From the NCBI GenBank assembly GCA_965205025.1, contig CBDBFU010000031.1, forward strand, positions 32,001 to 96,000: DNA of 64,000 bases, given 5' to 3'. Origin of the DNA: Candidatus Poribacteria bacterium (lineage in GTDB: Bacteria > Poribacteria > WGA-4E > WGA-3G). Position numbers and translations under genes: made by a program. Under the pieces are notes generated by a model. It had not been told where the DNA came from and did no database searches. It saw nothing but the letters and a program-made list of their open reading frames with translations. Each line of letters opens with the position of its first letter. Position 1 is the stretch's first letter. Below are positions 58,730 through 64,000 of the stretch, one piece after another.

Positions 58730-59722
58730 ATGAAGCAAGATGTCAAGTCACCTGTAAAGTGGGGAATACTCAGTACAGCAAATATAGGAAAAAAAGTTGG
58801 TAAGGCAATTAATAAATCTCATAATGCTGAATTAGTAGCAATAGCCAGTAGAACTGAAGAACGTGCTACTTCTTGGGCAAAAGAACATAAAATCCCAATT
58901 GCCTATGGCAGTTATGATGACCTAATCTCCGATCCAACCTTAGATGTCATTTATATTCCACTACCACCTTCGATGCATGCAGAATGGACTATCAAGGCTG
59001 CTGAACAAGGTAAACATGTACTGTGTGAGAAACCTTTATCCGCAAATACTGCTGAAGCAGAAGAGATGGCAAAAGTATGTAAACAGAATGCTGTTCAATT
59101 AATGGATGGTGTCATGTGGGTACACCATGATAGAACAAAAGAAATGAAGAAACACCTTGAAAAGTTAGGGGAATTACGAAGAGTTACAACTGCATTCACA
59201 TTCAGTTGGGATAAAATTCCTTACAATAATATTCGGGCAAAACCCGAACTTGCTGGTGGTAGTCTTGGAGACCTTGGTTATTACTGCATTCGTGCAATAC
59301 TATGGGCATTTGAAGAAATACCTACTCAGGTTTTCGCAACAGCCCGATACATCAATGGTGTAGATTTTAATTTATCAGGTATTCTCTGGTTTGAAGATGA
59401 TCGAATTGCAACAATGGATTGTGGTTTTGATACTGCACACAGAAAGTGGTTTGAGATTGCTGGGACAACAGCATCATTGGTATGTGATGATTTTACTGTA
59501 CCTACTTCAGAAGAATCCTCACGTTTTTGGATTCATGGAACCAATAATGAAAAGCATGAGATTGGAAAGTGTATTCAAGAAATTAATATGATTGAACACT
59601 TTTCAAATATAGTAATAAGTGGTTCTCTTGAAACACATTGGTCTGAGATCACGGAAAAGACCATGAAAATATGTGATGCACTTCGAAAATCTGCCCAGAC
59701 TGAAAAAGTGGTTTTGCTCTAA
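58730..59722 (+). CDS. Gfo/Idh/MocA family oxidoreductase
   Basis: WGILSTANIG, GKHVLCEKP, GGSLGDLGYY. Confidence 0.92.
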   Translation: MKQDVKSPVKWGILSTANIGKKVGKAINKSHNAELVAIASRTEERATSWAKEHKIPIAYGSYDDLISDPTLDVIYIPLPPSMHAEWTIKAAEQGKHVLCEKPLSANTAEAEEMAKVCKQNAVQLMDGVMWVHHDRTKEMKKHLEKLGELRRVTTAFTFSWDKIPYNNIRAKPELAGGSLGDLGYYCIRAILWAFEEIPTQVFATARYINGVDFNLSGILWFEDDRIATMDCGFDTAHRKWFEIAGTTASLVCDDFTVPTSEESSRFWIHGTNNEKHEIGKCIQEINMIEHFSNIVISGSLETHWSEITEKTMKICDALRKSAQTEKVVLL

Positions 59723-59777
59723 TTAGATTAAATGAATAAAACATTTTTTTCTTTTAACTCACGTTAACTTAATTATT

Positions 59778-60965
59778 ATGAAAATTACCAATATTGATAG
59801 TTTTGTTGTAGATGGCGGATGGCGTCCATGGATCTTTGTTAAAGTGGAAACTAACGAAGGTGTTACTGGATATGGTGAGTGTAGTGATGGAAGAAATCCA
59901 CATGGTATTGTAGGTTGTATCAGGGACTTAACCCCTTTATTAATAGACAAAGATCCACGACCTTACGAAATGCGGTTCTGGGATATGATACGCGGTTCAA
60001 GACAGAGTCCAGGAGGAGTTGTTGCAAAAGCTATTGCTGGAATTGAATGTGCACTTATCGATATCAAGGCAAAAGCATTAGGTATATCTGTGGTGGAACT
60101 GTTTGGTGGACCTACACGTGAAAATGTTAGAGTGTATTGGTCCCATTGTGGAAGTTCCCGTGTGAATAATTACGAACTACTGGGGGTTCGCCCGTTAAGA
60201 ACGATGAATGACATTTCACTCTTGGGACGAGAAGTGATATCAAAAGGGTTTACAGCACTTAAAACAAACATAATCATTCCAGGTAATCCTGCTTCTGTCT
60301 ATTTTCCTGGCTTTGGATCAGGACCAGGAACTACTGATGGAAATGTATCGAACCGTCTTCTTAGTCATATAGAGGAGTTAATTGGAACTTTCCGCCAAGC
60401 GGTAGGAAATGATGTTGACATTAATCTTGATCTAAACTTTAACTTTAAACCTGAAGCCTGCATGCGAATCGCTAAAGTGTTAGAAAAGTTCGACTTGCTA
60501 TGGTTAGAAATTGACATGTATGATCATGAAGCAATCCGTCAAATAAAAGAATCTACATCAACAAAAATCTGTACTGGAGAAAATTTATATTATATGCATG
60601 ACTACCTTCCGTATTTTAATTCCCGTGCAGCAGATGTTTTTATGATAGATGTTCCATGGAATGGATTCTCTCAATCTAAGAAAATAGGTGATTTAGCTGA
60701 TGTATATCAGCTCAATATTGCTCCTCATAATTACTATAGTCATTTAGCAACATTTATGAGTGCCAGTCTTTGTGCTGTAGTTCCTAATGTACGAATAATG
60801 GAAGTAGACATTGATGATGTCCCGTGGAAAGATGTATTAACTACTAACGTGCCGGATATCTCTGATGGTTATATGAAAGTACCTACTGAACCCGGGTGGG
60901 GTACAGATTTAAATGAAGAAGTAGTAAATGCACATCTTTGGAAGAATACAAGAGGTGAATGGTAG
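59778..60965 (+). CDS. Mandelate racemase/muconate lactonizing enzyme family (acid-sugar dehydratase-like)
   Basis: FVKVETNEGVTGYGE, ALIDIKAKALG, metal ligands D/E/E (LDLN, WLE, TGE), APHN. Confidence 0.9.
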   Translation: MKITNIDSFVVDGGWRPWIFVKVETNEGVTGYGECSDGRNPHGIVGCIRDLTPLLIDKDPRPYEMRFWDMIRGSRQSPGGVVAKAIAGIECALIDIKAKALGISVVELFGGPTRENVRVYWSHCGSSRVNNYELLGVRPLRTMNDISLLGREVISKGFTALKTNIIIPGNPASVYFPGFGSGPGTTDGNVSNRLLSHIEELIGTFRQAVGNDVDINLDLNFNFKPEACMRIAKVLEKFDLLWLEIDMYDHEAIRQIKESTSTKICTGENLYYMHDYLPYFNSRAADVFMIDVPWNGFSQSKKIGDLADVYQLNIAPHNYYSHLATFMSASLCAVVPNVRIMEVDIDDVPWKDVLTTNVPDISDGYMKVPTEPGWGTDLNEEVVNAHLWKNTRGEW

Positions 60966-60987
60966 TATGAAGGAGAAAACTGACTAA

Positions 60988-63900
60988 ATGAATAGTGATA
61001 ACACAAGTATAATACAAGAACTTCATGCTGCACGTGAGAAATTACTTGATTTAACATTACGAAACAAACTACTAAATTACAGAACAAGTAAACTTAGGAC
61101 AATTCAGGTCATTGATGAGATCCCAAAAGAGATATTTGATATTCTTGTTCTAAATGAACAAGGGATGCATTTTAAACATAGAGACAAAACCTTAAATGAA
61201 ATAACTTTAGAAACTTCAGATGAATGTGAAGATCTTGATATGCCGTGGTTATATGTTGAAGATGTATCAAGGCATCAGACTGATAAACTCCTGCAAACAA
61301 ATTTGTCAAACGATGATCTTCAAAAACGTCTATATTATATTAATCAACAAGCACGGTCAGTGTTTGAAGAACAAGGATATTCAGTATTACATCTTGCTCT
61401 TGGTTTCTTAAAATGGTTTGATCAAGATAAAACCGAAAAAGAAAATATTGCCCCCCTACTCTTAATCCCTGTTGAACTTGATCGAGATAAGAATCGATCA
61501 CAATTTACACTTAAATGGAGTCAAGCAGATCTTGTTCCGAATCTATCTCTTGAAGCCAAACTTGCTGATCAAGGTATCTCACTACCCTTACTTGAAAACC
61601 CAATTGATAAGACTGAAATTGATGATTACTTTCAGTCTGTAGGGGATGCAGTATCAAATTACAGTGATTGGCAGGTAATACCTGATATATTCCTTGATTT
61701 CTTCAGTTTTACTAAATTTGTTATGTATAAAGATTTAGAACCTGATGTATGGGATGTGAGTAATCATCCTTTACTGGGTTTAGTATTAGGAAATGTAGAA
61801 AATTCTTTAGATAATGAAGGTTTTAATGCTGCTGAAATTGATAACATATTGTCAAGTAAAGATGTATACCATGTCATGGATGCTGATTCATCTCAAATTG
61901 CCGTTATAGAAGATATAAAAAAAGGAAAAAATCTGGTGGTTGAAGGACCACCTGGCACTGGAAAATCACAGACAATTACGAATATTATTGCTGAATTACT
62001 TTCTATGGGTAAGAAAGTATTATTTGTTAGTGAAAAAATGGCAGCACTTGAAGTAGTAAAACATCGATTGGATAATGTTGGATTAGGTGAATTCTGTTTA
62101 GAACTACATAGCCATAAGTCAAATAAACGAGAAGTCTTACAAGAATTAGAACGCACTATGTCTACACAAATTAAAACCAGTTATGGACACATGGATTCAT
62201 TTAGACAACTTGATTTGTTGAAAACCGATTTAAATGATTATGTTAATGGCATACATTTTCCTATAGGACAAACCCAAAAATCCTTGATAGAAACTTTCAT
62301 TATTCGCGATAAAGCTAAACAACATTTTTGTAATCTTAAAAAAGAATTACCAAGTATAAAATTTCCCAACCTCAGCGATTCAGATCTAAGTGCCTGGGAA
62401 GAAGCTATAAGACAATTAGAAAAAATTGCGGTCATTATGCCGCGTGTCTCGCCGATCTCCGAACATCCCTGGCAAGGTTGTTTAACTGGAATTATCACAC
62501 CAGAGAAACAAGAACTAATATATAAACATATTAAAGATCTACAAGATGCATGTAATAAATTATATACAGTTTTCTCACATTTAGAATCTGAATATGGTAT
62601 TCGTATACCAAAAAATATTGAATCAATTAATCATCATTTAATGGCTGCAGAAATTGTAGATAACCCATTTTCGGTAAATCCTGAAGTATTACTAAACCAG
62701 AAATGGGATACATTTAGTGATGAAGCAAAAGATCTTATTGAAAAAGTAGAAATTATTGCGGAAGCAAAGAAAAAGTTTATGGCATGGACTTTGGAAACCG
62801 ATCCAAGATTGAAACTTGATACTGATTATATCATGAAACTTGCTGAAGAATATGAGAAGTACTATTACCTACCTCGATGGAAAAGATACTTTAGTTGGAC
62901 ATATAGGAAAGAAATTAAAACTCCAATAAAGAGTTATTTTAAACATGCAATGCCAAAAGATCCAGATATTCTTAGAATTAACCTGAAAGAACTATCTGAT
63001 TGTATCAACATGAAGGATCAGATGGAATGGGAAATGGCTGCGACGCAAATAGGTCCATCACTCTTTGGTGAACAGTGGAAAGAGGATGATAGCAATCCTG
63101 AAGTGTTAAGGAAATTCGGAGAATGGATCATTACATTTCGGCAGTTTTTACGGGATGGAACATTTACTGAAGAATCTGTGAATATTGTGAGTAAGCGGAT
63201 TTTTGAAACACCACTGAATTCCATTAAAGACTATTTAGAATTAGCAATAAATGAATTCAAAAAACATTGTAATTTATTATATGAATGTTTAGGAACTGAT
63301 ACCGAGTCAATATTTAACACAAATCCTGAGTTAGTTTTCTTCAATGATCTTAATTCTCGACTTGAATTATGGGAAAAAGAAAGAGATAAATTACATACTT
63401 GGGGGCAATTCTCAGAATTAATTATCACTGGTAAGAAAACCATTGCAGCACAACTGCTTGAATATATTCCTAAACTAAATCCTGAAGACCTTGTTCCATG
63501 TTTCAAGGCAAACTATGCAGATTCACTGCTTCAGGATTCGATATTAAAAAACCAGTCATTGAGAGAATTTGTTACTGAGATACATGAGAACAAGATCACA
63601 AATTTCCAAAAACTTGATACTAACAGTCTTGAATTAAATAGAATTAGACTCATTTCAGAACTACAGCAACAACGACCACGCTTATTTGATGGGGCATCCA
63701 AAGAATCAGAAATCGGTATTTTACAAGGACAGTTTAATCGCAAACGTGGTCATATGCCAATAAGAAAATTACTGTCTGCTATAGGTGGTTTAATACAGAA
63801 AGTCAAACCATGTTTTATGATGAGTCCATTGTCTGTTGCACAATTTTGTGATCCTGCAAATATTGAATTTGATGTGATTGTATTTGATGAAGCAAGTCAG

Positions 63901-64000
63901 ATTCGTCCGGAGGATGCTCTTGGCGCGATGATACGGGCAAAACAAGCTGTAGTTTTAGGGGATACACGACAACTCCCACCCACACGATTCTTTGATAGTA
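60988..64000 (+). CDS. DUF4011-domain SF1 (Upf1-like) helicase, 3'-truncated by window edge
   Basis: Not in the ORF track (no stop in window); KLLDLTLRNKLLNY, LALGFLKW, APLLLIPV, GPPGTGKSQT, FDEASQ, GDTRQLPP. Confidence 0.88.
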   Translation, partial: MNSDNTSIIQELHAAREKLLDLTLRNKLLNYRTSKLRTIQVIDEIPKEIFDILVLNEQGMHFKHRDKTLNEITLETSDECEDLDMPWLYVEDVSRHQTDKLLQTNLSNDDLQKRLYYINQQARSVFEEQGYSVLHLALGFLKWFDQDKTEKENIAPLLLIPVELDRDKNRSQFTLKWSQADLVPNLSLEAKLADQGISLPLLENPIDKTEIDDYFQSVGDAVSNYSDWQVIPDIFLDFFSFTKFVMYKDLEPDVWDVSNHPLLGLVLGNVENSLDNEGFNAAEIDNILSSKDVYHVMDADSSQIAVIEDIKKGKNLVVEGPPGTGKSQTITNIIAELLSMGKKVLFVSEKMAALEVVKHRLDNVGLGEFCLELHSHKSNKREVLQELERTMSTQIKTSYGHMDSFRQLDLLKTDLNDYVNGIHFPIGQTQKSLIETFIIRDKAKQHFCNLKKELPSIKFPNLSDSDLSAWEEAIRQLEKIAVIMPRVSPISEHPWQGCLTGIITPEKQELIYKHIKDLQDACNKLYTVFSHLESEYGIRIPKNIESINHHLMAAEIVDNPFSVNPEVLLNQKWDTFSDEAKDLIEKVEIIAEAKKKFMAWTLETDPRLKLDTDYIMKLAEEYEKYYYLPRWKRYFSWTYRKEIKTPIKSYFKHAMPKDPDILRINLKELSDCINMKDQMEWEMAATQIGPSLFGEQWKEDDSNPEVLRKFGEWIITFRQFLRDGTFTEESVNIVSKRIFETPLNSIKDYLELAINEFKKHCNLLYECLGTDTESIFNTNPELVFFNDLNSRLELWEKERDKLHTWGQFSELIITGKKTIAAQLLEYIPKLNPEDLVPCFKANYADSLLQDSILKNQSLREFVTEIHENKITNFQKLDTNSLELNRIRLISELQQQRPRLFDGASKESEIGILQGQFNRKRGHMPIRKLLSAIGGLIQKVKPCFMMSPLSVAQFCDPANIEFDVIVFDEASQIRPEDALGAMIRAKQAVVLGDTRQLPPTRFFDS

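Overview
AT-rich bacterial chromosomal window, most likely Candidatus Poribacteria. This is an inference from a LamG protein ending in the AVESTGKLSLTWGNIK tail, a dockerin-like DVNxDGVVNILD module, several PhyH dioxygenases, a sulfatase and HEAT/TPR proteins. It holds about 45 housekeeping, catabolic and transport genes (ggt, pepE, nadE, mtnA, lpxI, dppA-like binding proteins, a large S8 protease). A candidate defence module sits at each edge: AAA ATPase + TOPRIM-like protein on the left, and a DUF4011 SF1 helicase missing from the ORF track on the right. There is a small decayed accessory island (about 25.2-28.8 kb) and a 1.5 kb non-coding gap. No rRNA, tRNA or CRISPR array was recognised. 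Most notable: (1) a cold-shock domain fused to two tandem Hfq/Sm-like domains; (2) a glutamine-dependent NAD synthetase that reads like eukaryotic NADSYN1/QNS1; (3) modular intergenic miniature elements in which different inverted-repeat shells with target-site duplications carry the same GTAG REP hairpin; (4) an 'acetolactate synthase' resembling cyanobacterial 2-oxoglutarate decarboxylase; (5) a dockerin-fused DppA paralogue. All similarity calls come from recalled motifs, not database searches.
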